Shown piece after piece: positions 9,689 through 24,418 of a stretch of 64,000 nucleotides of DNA; the stretch's first letter is position 1, and each line of letters begins with the position of its first letter. Made by a program: the position numbers and the translations under genes. The notes under the pieces were generated by a model. It was not told the origin of the DNA and ran no database searches. It saw nothing but the letters and a program-made list of their open reading frames with translations. The stretch spans positions 4,018 to 68,017 of the forward strand of contig JAJYJM010000001.1 in assembly GCA_021789495.1 (NCBI GenBank), written 5' to 3'. This DNA comes from Nitrospirota bacterium. GTDB lineage: Bacteria; Nitrospirota; JACRHJ01.

Positions 9689-11099
9689 TATTCCCTCTGT
9701 GAGCGCCGCCCATACGTTCGTATTTTTTAAAATCGAAATTAGGGCTGCGATATTCGTCGTGACATCTCGTGCAGACCTTTTCCTTCACATGGACAGGCGG
9801 GACGTTATAAGGATCCAGGTAGTTCCCCGGTCTCTCGTAGTTGTAATGCAGTCCACCCGCCCCGTGGCAGTCCTCGCAGGTGACGTTCCTTAAGTCCGTC
9901 CTTCCGCCCTTTGCCTTGTCTCCGTAGCCGGTGGGATAACCATACCCCGTGACGTGGCAAGGCAGGCACTCCGGGTCGTACTGGTCGCCCGTCTTCACCA
10001 GCGCGGAAAAAGCCCTCGCGTGTTTCGTCGAAGACCAGTTATGGTAGCTCCGCGCATGACATTTTTCGCACCTGTCAGGCCCGGCGAAATAGCCCTTCAG
10101 GCCGGTCATGTCCGTGAAAGCGAATTCTTTCTTCTTAAGCTCCTGCCTGTACTCGGCCAGAAGTTTCTCTACATCCGGGTCCGGCAGAATATCCTCCCCC
10201 AGGCGCACCGCTTTATATTTATAGCTTTTTATTTTTTTGTTCCCTTTTTTAAGCCACAGGTCGAGCCTGCCTATGAGCTTTCCCTCGTAGAAACCCTTCA
10301 CGACAATTGTATCGCCATACCGAAGCGGTTTCTTGAGTATACCGCCGTCGTCCCCAAATATTACCACGTCCGCGCCGGATTCGGCTGCGAATTTTTTCTG
10401 GTCGGAGACGCTTAAGTGCGCGAGGAGCACGACAATATCGGCCTTTTTCCGCAAGGCCCGAACCTGGCGCCTCGCCGCCGCAAGCGAGTTTTCGACCCTG
10501 AACCGCTTGAAGATGGACGGGAACGTCCCGTACGGGAATTTGTCGTCGATGACGCCGGTTATCCCGACGGTTACAGGCCCGACTTTCTTTATCATGGAGC
10601 CTTGAAACGCCAGTCCGGAGGCGGTATAAAGATTGGCGCAGATTAGCCTGTCGCCGGCTTCCCCGGCGTTATTTTTAAGCAGACCAAGCCCGAACTCAAG
10701 GTCGTATTCGCCGGGCAGTATGGCGTCGTATCCGGAAATTTTCATCGCCTTCATAAGCACGGAGGACTTGAGATTATAAAACGGCTTCCTGTCCCTGGGG
10801 TCGTCCAGGCCGTCGAAGAGCGTATCGCCCGCATCGAGCACGAGCGTTCTTTTGTTCCTGTGTGATTTTATATAGCTCGCCCTTGCGGAGAGGCCGCCCA
10901 GCTGACCGTCGGTGCAGCCGCAGCGTCTTATCATCCCGCGCGTGTCGCTGGAGAAGAATATCGTAATGCCTGGGCTTGACGCGGCATGGACGGCAACGGG
11001 AGCGGTAAACAGCAGGAACAGGATAATTCCGAAGCCGATTGACCGGCTAAGCCTGAACCTGACCGATGATATGGCGCGCGTGGTCGATTCCATTTTCAA
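9678..11099 (-). CDS. secreted fusion protein: degenerate 5'-nucleotidase/metallophosphoesterase-like domain plus C-terminal tetraheme cytochrome c
   Basis: Signal peptide. LVLDAGDTLFDG and 5'-NT-like blocks, but NDHHG is replaced by SDTRG and GNHEFD by GEYDLEF. Four CxxCH motifs in the last ~120 aa (CEKCH, CLPCH, CEDCH, CTRCH). Confidence 0.6.
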   Translation of the reverse strand: MKMESTTRAISSVRFRLSRSIGFGIILFLLFTAPVAVHAASSPGITIFFSSDTRGMIRRCGCTDGQLGGLSARASYIKSHRNKRTLVLDAGDTLFDGLDDPRDRKPFYNLKSSVLMKAMKISGYDAILPGEYDLEFGLGLLKNNAGEAGDRLICANLYTASGLAFQGSMIKKVGPVTVGITGVIDDKFPYGTFPSIFKRFRVENSLAAARRQVRALRKKADIVVLLAHLSVSDQKKFAAESGADVVIFGDDGGILKKPLRYGDTIVVKGFYEGKLIGRLDLWLKKGNKKIKSYKYKAVRLGEDILPDPDVEKLLAEYRQELKKKEFAFTDMTGLKGYFAGPDRCEKCHARSYHNWSSTKHARAFSALVKTGDQYDPECLPCHVTGYGYPTGYGDKAKGGRTDLRNVTCEDCHGAGGLHYNYERPGNYLDPYNVPPVHVKEKVCTRCHDEYRSPNFDFKKYERMGGAHRGNNGP

Positions 11100-11982
11100 T
11101 CAGATACCTTTCTATCCCGGCGATTATCTCCACCGGGGCGAGCGGGTTTACGAAATTGGCCGTGCCCGCGGCCACAGCCGTCGCTCCCGCAAGCATGAAC
11201 TCCAAGGCGTCGGAGGCGTCCATTATGCCCCCCATGCCGATAATCGGAAGCCCCACGGCGCGGTAAACCTGCCATACAATCCGCACCGCGACGGGCCTGA
11301 TTGCCGGGCCGGAAAGCCCGCCGGTGATGTTGGCTATCTTCGGCTTCCTGCTTTTTATGTCTATTGCCATCCCAAGAAGCGTGTTTATGAGCGAGAGCGC
11401 GTCCGCCCCGGCATGAGCCGCCCTGTCGGCGAACGGCACGACGTCCGTCACATTGGGAGACAGTTTCGCTATTACCGGCAGGGAGGTTGCATTGCGCACG
11501 GCCTTGATAACGTCATACGTAGCCTCCAGGTCCGTCCCGAACGCCATACCGCCATTTTTCACGTTCGGGCATGATATGTTCACTTCGATGGCGTGCACGC
11601 CCTTCGCGCGGTCGAGCCTTGCAGTAACGGCCTCGTATTCCTCGACGGTATTTCCGAAGATATTCGCTATGACCTTCGTATCGAAACCGGCCAGAAACGG
11701 AAGCTTCTTCTCTATGAACTCGTCCACGCCTACGTTCTGGAGGCCGATGGCATTCAGCATCCCGGAGGGCGTCTCGCAGAGCCTGGGCGGCGGATTGCCC
11801 TGCATGGGCTTAAGCGACAGGCCCTTTGTCGTTATCCCGCCGAGCAGGGAGAGGTCGAAATACTTCGAGTATTCCTCGCCGTATCCGAACGTCCCGGAAG
11901 CCGTGATGACCGGATTCTTCAGCGTCAACGGGCCGAGCTTAACCGCGAGAGAAGGTTTTATTGGGGTTAGGGTTTTTACCAT
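11047..11982 (-). CDS. pyrD: dihydroorotate dehydrogenase catalytic subunit (class 1B)
   Basis: MVKTL..ASGTFGYG..GGITTK motifs. Start moved to the internal ATG at 11982, which overlaps the pyrK stop. Confidence 0.85.
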   Translation of the reverse strand: MVKTLTPIKPSLAVKLGPLTLKNPVITASGTFGYGEEYSKYFDLSLLGGITTKGLSLKPMQGNPPPRLCETPSGMLNAIGLQNVGVDEFIEKKLPFLAGFDTKVIANIFGNTVEEYEAVTARLDRAKGVHAIEVNISCPNVKNGGMAFGTDLEATYDVIKAVRNATSLPVIAKLSPNVTDVVPFADRAAHAGADALSLINTLLGMAIDIKSRKPKIANITGGLSGPAIRPVAVRIVWQVYRAVGLPIIGMGGIMDASDALEFMLAGATAVAAGTANFVNPLAPVEIIAGIERYLIENGIDHARHIIGQVQA

Positions 11983-12821
11983 ATTATATCGTCCGCATCG
12001 AATACAGGCCCGTCGTCGCAGACCTTCTTGTATACGCTGCTTCCGTTCCCGCCGTCGAGCACGCTTATCACGCAGCCCATGCACGCTCCGATACCGCACG
12101 CCATGTTCGATTCCATAGAGGTGTAATTCTTGATCCCGTATTTCTTCGCCATTGCCGCGACGCTTATGAGCATGGCCTTCGGCCCGCAGGAATAAACCGC
12201 CCAGCCGCAGACGGTAGACCGTCCGCAGGCGTCCTTGCGCATATGCTCGCGGATGTAATCGTCCAGCACATGGGTTATCAGGCCCTTACGTGGCAGGCTC
12301 CCGTCCTCGGTCGCCGTGAATGTCTCGATTCTCTTCCGCCGGAACTCGTCCGCGCCAAGGACGTATTCCCTGCTCCTGCCGCCGATGAACGCGGCGGCGG
12401 TAATGTCTTGTCGTTCGTCCGAGATATAATCCGCAAGGGCCATGAGCGGCGCAACGCCTATCCCGCCGCCGACTATCAGCGCGTGTTTTATGCCCGTAGG
12501 TATGGGAAAACCGTTTCCGAGCGGCCCCAGGACGTCGAGCTCGTCTCCGGGGATAAGCCGCGAGAGAAGAGCCGTGCCCCTTCCGGACTGCCTGTACAGA
12601 AAGCGCACGGAGTCATCCGTTAGCTTCCTGTGCAGGCTGAGCGGACGCCTCAGGAGCGGGTCGGTGGACTGCCCGACCTTCAACATGTAGAACTGGCCGG
12701 GGACGGCTGGCCGCCCGGCTGCCGGTCGACCGGCTTCATGCAGACCTATGCCTTCGGCCTCAATGTCCACGAGGAAATAGCCGGAGGTAAGCTCCTCGTT
12801 CTTCCTGATGCGGGCTATCAT
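11976..12821 (-). CDS. pyrK: dihydroorotate dehydrogenase electron transfer subunit
   Basis: FAD/NAD-binding fold. C-terminal CGIGACMGC 2Fe-2S cysteine cluster. Start moved to the internal Met (MIARIRKNE). Confidence 0.8.
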   Translation of the reverse strand: MIARIRKNEELTSGYFLVDIEAEGIGLHEAGRPAAGRPAVPGQFYMLKVGQSTDPLLRRPLSLHRKLTDDSVRFLYRQSGRGTALLSRLIPGDELDVLGPLGNGFPIPTGIKHALIVGGGIGVAPLMALADYISDERQDITAAAFIGGRSREYVLGADEFRRKRIETFTATEDGSLPRKGLITHVLDDYIREHMRKDACGRSTVCGWAVYSCGPKAMLISVAAMAKKYGIKNYTSMESNMACGIGACMGCVISVLDGGNGSSVYKKVCDDGPVFDADDIIW

Positions 12822-12823
12822 CG

Positions 12824-13303
12824 CTACTCCTCGAAAAATATTTCCAGAATTTCGTAGTCCACAGTCCCCGCCGGAATCCTGCACGTAACGACATCGCCGA
12901 CGGCGTGTCCTATCAGGGATTTCCCGACCGGCGAGAGAACGGAAATCTTGCCCTCCTTTAAATCAGCCTCGTCCGTGCCGACTATGGTGTAGCGTTTTTC
13001 CTCCTCGGATTCCTGATCGAGAAGGACAATTGTCGCGCCGAAGACGACCTTTTCGTTGGAGAGCCTGCTTGTGTCTATAACCTGCGCTGCAACGAGCTTT
13101 CCCTGGAGTTCCTGCATCCGGCCCTCTATGAAACCCTGGCGCTCTTTTGCGGCGTGATATTCCGCGTTTTCGGAGAGGTCTCCGTGTCCCCTCGCCTCTT
13201 CTATGTCTCTTATATTTTTGGGCCGCTCCACCTTGCGGAGCCGCTCCAGTTCATCCTGGAGCTTTATGTAGCCCTTCTTCGTCATTGGAATTTTCTCAGC
13301 CAT
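12824..13303 (-). CDS. greA: transcription elongation factor GreA
   Basis: MTKKGYIKLQDEL...GDLSENAEYHAAKE signature. Confidence 0.9.
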   Translation of the reverse strand: MAEKIPMTKKGYIKLQDELERLRKVERPKNIRDIEEARGHGDLSENAEYHAAKERQGFIEGRMQELQGKLVAAQVIDTSRLSNEKVVFGATIVLLDQESEEEKRYTIVGTDEADLKEGKISVLSPVGKSLIGHAVGDVVTCRIPAGTVDYEILEIFFEE

Positions 13304-13331
13304 TGTTTTTCTTAATCTCTCCTTTCGGGGC

Positions 13332-16537
<3,206 letters not shown>

Positions 16538-16538
<1 letters not shown>

Positions 16539-17449
16539 TACACGTGCTCCTGGACCCAGCCCTCGTATAGTCCGTAACGCTCCATTACGTCCTGCGCGGC
16601 CAGGTATTCTTTCTCTGTTATCTTCCTGTCTATCTCCGGGTAATCAGCCGCCTCGTAAGTCGGGAAATACTGGTCCATTAAACTGACGGCAACCTGCGGT
16701 GATAGCTCTTTCGCTATAAATTTCAGAACCTCTTCCGTCCCGGAAATATTCTCCGGAAGGACGAGGTGACGGATGATAAGCCCGCGCGCAGCCATACCGT
16801 CGCCGTCCGTTTTAAGAAGTCCGACCTGCCTGAACATCTCCATTATTGCCGCCCGGTTATATGAGGCGTATTTCCTTGCCTTTGAATATTTCTTTGCAAG
16901 CTCGTCGTTTGAATACCTCATATCCGGGAGATATATGTCTACTACGCCGTCCAGGAGCCGAAGCGCCGGCAAGGATTCATACCCGCTCGTGTTATAGACG
17001 ATGGGGATATTGAACCCGCCTTCGACTGCGATAACCAGCGCCTCAAGAATCTGCGGCATGTAGTGCGTCGGCGTTACGAGGTTTATATTGTGCGCGCCTC
17101 GCCCCCGAAGTTCCAGCATAATCTTCGCAAGCCCGGTCGCGTCGTATTCTACGCCGTTTCCTTTGTGGCTGATGGGCCAGTTCTGGCAGTAGGCGCACTT
17201 TAATGTGCAGTGGCTGAAAAATATCGTGCCGGAGCCGCGAGCGCCGGATATTGCCGGCTCCTCGCCGAAGTGCAGGTTATACGATGCAGCCTTCGCCTTC
17301 GCGCCCGCGCCGCACAGCCCCACCTGCCCTTCCAGCCTGTTCACCCCGCAGTCGTTCGGGCACAGGTCGCATTTCTCAAGACGCGCCAGCGCGGATGATG
17401 CGCGGGAATTAAGTTCGTCGATAGAAATATTCAAACAATTTGCTTTCAT
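16538..17449 (-). CDS. radical SAM protein, PflX family (COG1313, PFL-activating-enzyme-like)
   Basis: N-terminal [12 protein letters not shown] cysteine motif followed by the [10 protein letters not shown] radical SAM motif. The listed N-terminal extension overlaps a repeat, so start is placed at MKANCLNI. Confidence 0.65.
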
Positions 17450-17487
17450 CAGTGATTTGTATGTTACCCGCCGTGAACATTGAAAGT

Positions 17488-17515
17488 CGCCGGGTTCCCG
17501 CTTTCGCGGGAATGA
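17488..17515 (-). repeat. copy of dispersed repeat (TGTCATTCCCGCGAAAGCGGGAACC)
   Basis: Read directly. Near-identical to the copy at 2788-2813. Confidence 0.6.
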
Positions 17516-17530
17516 CAATACAGATGGATC

Positions 17531-18676
17531 CTAATTCTTCACCTTCAGCTTCTCTATCTCCATCATGGCTATGAAGCGCTGGAAGAGATACGCCGAGTCG
17601 TGCGGGCCGGGGCTTGCCTCAGGATGATACTGCACGGAGAACGCCGGAAGATCCTTGTGCCTCATGCCCTCGACGGTATTGTCGTTTAAGTTCACGTGCG
17701 TAAGTTCTACCGTATCGGGCATGGTCTCCATGTCCACGGCGAATCCGTGGTTCTGCGACGTTATCTCTACCTTGCGGGTGCCGAGGTCCATGACAGGCTG
17801 GTTGGCGCCGTGGTGCCCGAACTTGAGCTTGTATGTCTTTCCGCCCAATGCTATGCCTAGCAGCTGATGCCCCAGGCAGATGCCGAATATAGGAACCTTG
17901 TCCAGCAGGGCCTTTATATTATCGACGGCGTACGTTACGGGCTCCGGGTCTCCGGGGCCGTTACTGAGAAGGACGCCGTCCGGCCTCAGGGCCATTACAT
18001 CCCGCCAGGAAGTTGTCGCCGGAACTACAGTAACCCTGCACGCAAGAGAGGAGAGTATCCGGAGTATATTCCTTTTTATCCCGAAGTCGTACGCGACGAC
18101 GTGAAGGGATGTATTTTTCGATTCGCCGTAGCCCTTCTCAATGTCCCACGTCGTCTGCCTCGTCTCGTACGGCTCCGCGCATGAGACCGCCTTTGCGAGG
18201 TCCTGGCTCGCCATAGAAGGCCGGGAGGCGGCTTTTTTTATCAGGCTCTCCGGATTGGTATCCACAGTGGAGATTACCCCCTGCTGGGCGCCGAAGTCCC
18301 TTATATGTTTAGTCAGGGCGCGCGTGTCTATCCCCTGTATGCTGACTATGTTATAGCTCTTTAGATAGCTGTCCAGGCTTCCCCTGTTCCGCCAGTTGCT
18401 GGGATACCCGCTGTATTCCTTTACGATAAACGCCTCCACCCAGGGCCTGCCGGATTCGACGTCCTCGGCGTTTACGCCGTAGTTCCCTATAAGGGGATAG
18501 GTCATCGTTACCATCTGCCCCTTATAGGAAGGGTCGGTAAGTATCTCCTGATAGCCGGCCATGGAGGTATTGAAGACCACCTCTCCGCCGGCCTCCCCAA
18601 TCGCGCCGAAAGAAACGCCCTCGAACCACGCGCCGTCGGCAAGGGCAAGAATTGCCTTTCTAATGCTTGAACTCAA
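17531..18676 (-). CDS. carA: carbamoyl-phosphate synthase small subunit (glutamine amidotransferase)
   Basis: CarA N-terminal domain plus class I GATase with GICLGHQ and histidine motifs. Confidence 0.9.
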   Translation of the reverse strand: MSSSIRKAILALADGAWFEGVSFGAIGEAGGEVVFNTSMAGYQEILTDPSYKGQMVTMTYPLIGNYGVNAEDVESGRPWVEAFIVKEYSGYPSNWRNRGSLDSYLKSYNIVSIQGIDTRALTKHIRDFGAQQGVISTVDTNPESLIKKAASRPSMASQDLAKAVSCAEPYETRQTTWDIEKGYGESKNTSLHVVAYDFGIKRNILRILSSLACRVTVVPATTSWRDVMALRPDGVLLSNGPGDPEPVTYAVDNIKALLDKVPIFGICLGHQLLGIALGGKTYKLKFGHHGANQPVMDLGTRKVEITSQNHGFAVDMETMPDTVELTHVNLNDNTVEGMRHKDLPAFSVQYHPEASPGPHDSAYLFQRFIAMMEIEKLKVKN

Positions 18677-19934
18677 TTTTTTTACCCTCGTGTATTGTCA
18701 TAACCGGCCATCCCTTCAGGACGAGACCGGAAAACGCGGTATTTTTCCCCTTGCTCAGCAGGATCTCCGGCCGGACGGTCTTTTCCGTTTCCGGGTCTAT
18801 AAGGACGATATCTGCGGGCGACCCGGGCAAAAGCGACGGCGGGGCCATACCGAGGGCCAGGGCCGGGTTTACGGTAAACTTCCTAAGCAGTTCAGCCATT
18901 GGGATAAGACCGGAATGCGCAAGGGCCATCGCAAGAGCCAGGGCCGTTTCCAGCCCGGAAATCCCGAAAGGGGCGAGGTCGAACTCCACGTCTTTTTCGG
19001 ATGCCGCATGCGGCGCGTGGTCTGTCGCTATAACGTCTATCGTGCCGTCTTCAAGCCCCCCGATTATCGCCTTCCTGTCCGCCTCCGTCCGGAGCGGGGG
19101 ATTAACTTTAAGGTATGTATTATATGACACAACTCCTTCATCGGTCAAGGTAAAATAGTGCGGGCAGGTCTCCGCCGTGACGCTTATACCCTCCGCCTTG
19201 GCGCGGCGAATCAGTTCGACGGAACCGGCAGTCGAGACGTGCGCGACATGGAGTCTTGCGCCCGTCAGCCTCGCCAGGGATATGTCCCTTGCGACCATGA
19301 CCTCCTCAGCCGCGGATGGTATCCCGCGCAGGCCCAGGCGTGCGGAAACCGCCCCCTCGTTCATAACGCCTCCGGCGGAAAGGGCCGGCTCTTCGCAATG
19401 CGAGATTATCGTTCTGCCGAATGTCTTGGCATACTCAAGCGCATGTCTCATCATCTCCGCATTGGCAACCGGCTTGCCGTCGTCGGAAAATCCTGTGCAG
19501 CCCGCCTCGGCCATCTCGCCCATCTCGGCAAGCTCCGTCCCCATTGAGCCTTTGGTTATCGCGCCAATGGGCAATACCTTGCAGAACCCGGCCTTTTTCG
19601 CCTGCCCGATGATGAATTCCGTGACGGAGCGGCTGTCGTTCACGGGGTTGGTGTTCGGCATACAGCAGATGGTCGTGAACCCTCCCGCCGCCGCCGCGCG
19701 CGCCCCGGATGCTATGTCTTCCTTGTACTCGAAGCCAGGTTCCCGGAGGTGGCAGTGCATGTCGATAAGCCCCGGCGCGACAATAAGGCCCCTGGCGTCG
19801 ATAACCTCTGAGCTGCTTGTTTTCTTTGTTTTGGGCGGCTGAATAATTTTATCGCCTTCGATATAAATATCCCGTATCCCGTCCATCCCGTTCGCCGGGT
19901 CGATTACCCTGCCGCCCCTGATTATCAGAGTCAT
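18660..19934 (-). CDS. pyrC: dihydroorotase
   Basis: [10 protein letters not shown] metal-binding motif. 424 aa multimeric-type DHOase. Confidence 0.9.
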   Translation of the reverse strand: MTLIIRGGRVIDPANGMDGIRDIYIEGDKIIQPPKTKKTSSSEVIDARGLIVAPGLIDMHCHLREPGFEYKEDIASGARAAAAGGFTTICCMPNTNPVNDSRSVTEFIIGQAKKAGFCKVLPIGAITKGSMGTELAEMGEMAEAGCTGFSDDGKPVANAEMMRHALEYAKTFGRTIISHCEEPALSAGGVMNEGAVSARLGLRGIPSAAEEVMVARDISLARLTGARLHVAHVSTAGSVELIRRAKAEGISVTAETCPHYFTLTDEGVVSYNTYLKVNPPLRTEADRKAIIGGLEDGTIDVIATDHAPHAASEKDVEFDLAPFGISGLETALALAMALAHSGLIPMAELLRKFTVNPALALGMAPPSLLPGSPADIVLIDPETEKTVRPEILLSKGKNTAFSGLVLKGWPVMTIHEGKKIEFKH

Positions 19935-20860
19935 ATTGCCCCCCTCCCCTCGGTCAGTAGGTATATAATTGCCATCCGCACTGCAACCCCGTTCGTTACC
20001 TGGTCGAGGATAACGGAATACGGCCCGTCCGCCACCTCCGTCGAGATTTCGACCCCGCGGTTTATAGGCCCCGGATGCATAATAATAACCCCTTCTTTCG
20101 CAAGCCGGACACGCTCCTGGTTCAGGCCGAAGAATCTCGAATATTCCCTGACGCCGGGGAAAAGCCCGCTTTTCTGCCGCTCCATCTGTATCCGGAGCAT
20201 CATAACGACGTCCGCGCCGTCGATTGCATCCTCCGGCCTGAAATAAACCTTCGCGCCCATTTTTTCAATATCGGCAGGTATGAGAGTCGCCGGGCCGCAT
20301 AAACGAACATTCGCACCCATCTTGTTAAGGCAGAGGATATTAGAGCGCGCGACCCTGCTGTGGGCGATGTCGCCGATTATGGCTATATTGAGCCCCTCGA
20401 CCCTCCCCAGCCGCTCTTTTATGGTAAACAAATCGAGGAGCGCCTGGCTCGGGTGTTCGTGAGAGCCGTCGCCCGCATTTATTACGGAACTTTTAAGCGC
20501 TTTGGCGAGTATCATGGGCGCGCCGGACATTGAGTGCCGGACGATTATCATGTCCGAGTTCATCGCCTCGATATTGCGCGCCGTGTCGAGCAGCGTCTCG
20601 CCCTTCACGACGCTGCTTGTGGAAGACGATATGTTTATGATGTCGGCGGAGAGCCTCTTTGCCGCAAGCTCGAAGGACGTCCTTGTCCGGGTCGAGGGCT
20701 CGAAGAAAAGGTTTACAATCGTCCTGCCCCTCAGCGCCGGGACCTTCTTGATGTCCCTGGTAGAAACCTCCTTGAAGGATTCCGCCGTGGAGATAATCTC
20801 TTCTATCTCGGCTTTCTCAAGGTAATCTATCCCCAGCAGGTCTTTTTTCTTCAGGGCCAT
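19931..20860 (-). CDS. pyrB: aspartate carbamoyltransferase catalytic subunit
   Basis: STRTRTSFE carbamoyl-phosphate binding motif. HPxQ-like region. Confidence 0.9.
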   Translation of the reverse strand: MALKKKDLLGIDYLEKAEIEEIISTAESFKEVSTRDIKKVPALRGRTIVNLFFEPSTRTRTSFELAAKRLSADIINISSSTSSVVKGETLLDTARNIEAMNSDMIIVRHSMSGAPMILAKALKSSVINAGDGSHEHPSQALLDLFTIKERLGRVEGLNIAIIGDIAHSRVARSNILCLNKMGANVRLCGPATLIPADIEKMGAKVYFRPEDAIDGADVVMMLRIQMERQKSGLFPGVREYSRFFGLNQERVRLAKEGVIIMHPGPINRGVEISTEVADGPYSVILDQVTNGVAVRMAIIYLLTEGRGAI

Positions 20861-20866
20861 TTGAGT

Positions 20867-21418
<552 letters not shown>

Positions 21419-21437
21419 TTAACCTCTGCACGAAAGC

Positions 21438-21580
21438 AAAAAAAAAGCCTCCCACGTAATTTTGGGATGCTCCGTTATTGAAACTCGCCTGCCATATCAG
21501 CCCCCCTTTTTAGCCTCGCCGGGCTATGTTAAAGGTCGGCTATTAAACTACCCTATCCTGAGGCGCATGTCAAGGCAAAT
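21438..21580 (-). promoter_or_regulatory. pyr operon leader: sigma70-like promoter, PyrR-binding loop and intrinsic terminator (attenuator)
   Basis: All read on the minus strand. Promoter is -35 TTGACA (21568-21573), 17 nt spacer, -10 TAGTTT. PyrR-binding loop AGCCCGGCGAGGCU (21512-21525) matches ARUCCNGNGAGGYU at 13 of 14 positions. Terminator is hairpin GCAUCCCA-loop-UGGGAGGC followed by U9 (21438-21470), immediately upstream of the pyrR TTG. Confidence 0.6.
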
Positions 21581-21945
21581 CAGCGCTGTATTTTGCTGTT
21601 CATGGAATCGATGGAAAAAGGAAACTCCCGTTTTATTCCGTAGCCGTAGTCTACCTCTTCGCTCCAGGAAAACTTTATCTCGACGCTTCCGTCGCTGTTT
21701 CTGATAAACGAGATATCGCTTCTCTTTATCGGGAGGCCCAGGTCGTCTATCTTTTTCATAAGGTCTCCGATTATGACGTTGTCGCTGTCTATCGTTGCGA
21801 GGCTTAACTGCTGGGAGACTTCGTCGTCCAGGGCATAGTAGTGCATGTAGGGAGGTACGGTCTTGATGACGGCGTAGATCGCCACTATCCCTATGAGTAT
21901 ATAAAGTAATGTTGCGGCCTTGCCGCCGCCGCGGTTGTTAAGCAT
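21580..21945 (-). CDS. hypothetical membrane-anchored protein
   Basis: Single N-terminal TM helix. No recognisable motifs. Immediately downstream of lepB. Confidence 0.4.
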   Translation of the reverse strand: MLNNRGGGKAATLLYILIGIVAIYAVIKTVPPYMHYYALDDEVSQQLSLATIDSDNVIIGDLMKKIDDLGLPIKRSDISFIRNSDGSVEIKFSWSEEVDYGYGIKREFPFSIDSMNSKIQR

Positions 21946-21949
21946 TTTT

Positions 21950-22564
21950 TTATTTCACCAGGCGTCCTATCCTGTTCCACCGGACAGAGTCGTTGTTTGC
22001 GTCCCATGACCAGTAAATAATCATCGCCTTGCCGAGTATCTTGCTTTCGTCCACAAATCCCCAGAATCTGCTGTCGCGGCTCCTGTCCCGATTGTCGCCC
22101 ATCATAAAATACTCGTGCGGGGGGACGGTTACCGGGCCGAAATTGTCCCTCGGCTCCAGCGCTCTCGGCAATATCTCGCTGTCTTTGTGAATCGTATAAG
22201 GCTCGGTGAGGGGCTTGCCGTTAATGTATACCACCTTGTCGATAACCTGCACGACATCGCCGGGCATGCCGATCAGTCTCTTTATGAAGTCCACGGATTC
22301 TTTCTCAGGATATTTGAATACGATTATGTCTCCCCTTTCGGGCTTGCGGATAGTCAGTATTTTAATGTTCGTGAAGGGTATGCGCGTGCCGTAGAGGAAC
22401 TTGTTCACGAGGATGTGGTCTCCGACCAGTATCGTGTTCTTCATCGACCCTGACGGTATTTTGAACGCCTGCACGACGAAAGTCCTTATGAAAAGCGCAA
22501 GGACCGCCGCGACGATAATTGCTTCCGCGTACTCCCGGAATACCGACTTCTTTTTCGCTGACAA
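21950..22564 (-). CDS. lepB: signal peptidase I
   Basis: S26 motifs: GSMKNT (Ser box), GDHILVNKF, GDNRDRSRDSR. Confidence 0.9.
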   Translation of the reverse strand: MSAKKKSVFREYAEAIIVAAVLALFIRTFVVQAFKIPSGSMKNTILVGDHILVNKFLYGTRIPFTNIKILTIRKPERGDIIVFKYPEKESVDFIKRLIGMPGDVVQVIDKVVYINGKPLTEPYTIHKDSEILPRALEPRDNFGPVTVPPHEYFMMGDNRDRSRDSRFWGFVDESKILGKAMIIYWSWDANNDSVRWNRIGRLVK

Positions 22565-22582
22565 TTTAGGTTACCTCCGATG

Positions 22583-24382
22583 TTAATCCTTTACCTTTAA
22601 TACCGCAAGGAACGCCTCCTGCGGCACCTCAACGGAACCGAGCTGCTTCATCTTTTTCTTCCCCTCCTTCTGCTTTTCAAGGAGCTTTCTCTTTCTGGTT
22701 ATGTCGCCGCCGTAGCACTTTGCGATTACATCCTTGCGAAGCGGCCTGACTGTCTCCCTGGCGATTATCTTGGAGCCTATCGCCGCCTGTATCGCCACCT
22801 CGAAAAGCTGCCGGGGTATCAACTCCTTCAGCTTAACCGCCAGTTCCCTGCCGCGCATGACCGCCTTGTCCTTGTGAGTTATCAGGGAAAGCGCGTCCAC
22901 GCCCTCGCCGTTCAATAATATGTCGAGCTTGACCAGGTCCGATTCCCTGTATCCGATGAAGTCGTAATCCAGTGATGCGTAGCCCCGGCTGACGGACTTC
23001 AGCCTGTCATAGAAATCCAGGACTATCTCGTTTAACGGCAGTTCGTAGGCTATCATCGAGCGGTCACGGTCCAGGTAGCTCAGGTCTTTCTGGATTCCCC
23101 GCCTCTCCTGGCACAGCGAGAGTATGGAGCCGATATACTCGTTCGGGACCATTATTGTCGCCAGTATGAAAGGTTCCTCCATCTTCTCAATCTTCTGGAG
23201 GTCGGGGAGTTTCGCGGGGTTGTCCACCATGACGACTTCCCCGTCCGTTTTCGTAATCCTGTAGACGACGGTGGGGGCGGTGGAAAGGAGGGACAGAGCG
23301 AACTCGCGCTCCAGGCGCTCCTGAATAATCTCCATGTGCAATAGCCCCAGGAACCCGCAGCGGAAACCGAATCCCAGCGCAAGCGAGGTCTCCGGCTCAT
23401 ACGAGAAAGAGGAGTCGTTGAGCCTGAGCTTTTCAAGGGCGTCCCGGAGGTCTTCGTACTGCTGCGTGTCCGTGGGATAAAGCCCGCAGAAGACCATCGG
23501 CTTTACCTCGCGGTAGCCCGGAAGCGGCTCCGGCGCGGGCCTGTCGGCAAAGGTGATTGTATCGCCTATTTTTGAGTCCTGCACCCTCTTTATCCCCGCT
23601 ATGATATAGCCTACGTCGCCCGCGGTAAGCTGTTCCGTCTTTATCAGTTTCGGGGTCGAATATCCTACCTCCATGACCTCTAATACCTTGTTATTCGAGA
23701 AAAGCTTTATCTTCGTCCCCTTGCCGACGCGCCCATCAACAACTCTCACCAGCACAACCACTCCCTGGTAGTTGTCGAACCAGGAGTCGAATATCAGGGC
23801 CTTTAATGGCGCGTCCGGGTCGCCCTGCGGGGGGCTGATTTTCTCCACCACCGCTTCGAGCGTCTCCCGTATCCCGATGCCTTCCTTCGCGCTTACGGGT
23901 ATCGCCTGGGAGGCGTCCAGGCCGATGACGTCCTCTATCTCCGTCCGCACGCGCTCGATGTCCGCGCTCGGAAGGTCTATCTTATTTATAACCGGGATTA
24001 TCTCAAGGTCGTTGTCTATGGCGAGGTATGCGTTCGCAAGCGTCTGTGCCTCCACGCCCTGCGAGGCGTCCACCACCAGAAGCACCCCTTCGCACGCGGC
24101 GAGGCTCCGGGAAACTTCGTAGGTAAAATCCACGTGTCCCGGCGTGTCGATAAGGTTCAGGATGTAGTCCTTCCCGTCCGCGGCCCGGAAGTTTATCCTT
24201 ACGGCATGGGCCTTTATGGTTATGCCGCGCTCGCGCTCAAGCGGCATGTCATCAAGGACCTGGTCTTCCATCTCGCGGGAACTGAGCGCGCCCGTAAGTT
24301 CGAGGATCCTGTCTGCCAGCGTGGACTTGCCGTGGTCTATATGCGCAATAATGCTGAAATTTCTTATATTCTGGATTTTCAT
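22583..24382 (-). CDS. lepA: elongation factor 4 (LepA)
   Basis: GTPase G1-G4 motifs ([17 protein letters not shown]). 599 aa with LepA C-terminal domain. Confidence 0.95.
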   Translation of the reverse strand: MKIQNIRNFSIIAHIDHGKSTLADRILELTGALSSREMEDQVLDDMPLERERGITIKAHAVRINFRAADGKDYILNLIDTPGHVDFTYEVSRSLAACEGVLLVVDASQGVEAQTLANAYLAIDNDLEIIPVINKIDLPSADIERVRTEIEDVIGLDASQAIPVSAKEGIGIRETLEAVVEKISPPQGDPDAPLKALIFDSWFDNYQGVVVLVRVVDGRVGKGTKIKLFSNNKVLEVMEVGYSTPKLIKTEQLTAGDVGYIIAGIKRVQDSKIGDTITFADRPAPEPLPGYREVKPMVFCGLYPTDTQQYEDLRDALEKLRLNDSSFSYEPETSLALGFGFRCGFLGLLHMEIIQERLEREFALSLLSTAPTVVYRITKTDGEVVMVDNPAKLPDLQKIEKMEEPFILATIMVPNEYIGSILSLCQERRGIQKDLSYLDRDRSMIAYELPLNEIVLDFYDRLKSVSRGYASLDYDFIGYRESDLVKLDILLNGEGVDALSLITHKDKAVMRGRELAVKLKELIPRQLFEVAIQAAIGSKIIARETVRPLRKDVIAKCYGGDITRKRKLLEKQKEGKKKMKQLGSVEVPQEAFLAVLKVKD

Positions 24383-24418
24383 GCGAATTTAGAATTTTAT
24401 ACTGAATTTATTCTAAAG

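Noticed and set aside
11983-12099. Long N-terminal extensions of listed ORFs (PyrD, PyrK 12822-12884, PflX 17450-17518, Fur 27086-27175, KdsD 52422-52544)
   Set aside because: The extensions are Arg-rich or overlap repeats or upstream genes, and conserved N-termini begin at internal Met codons. Starts were moved.
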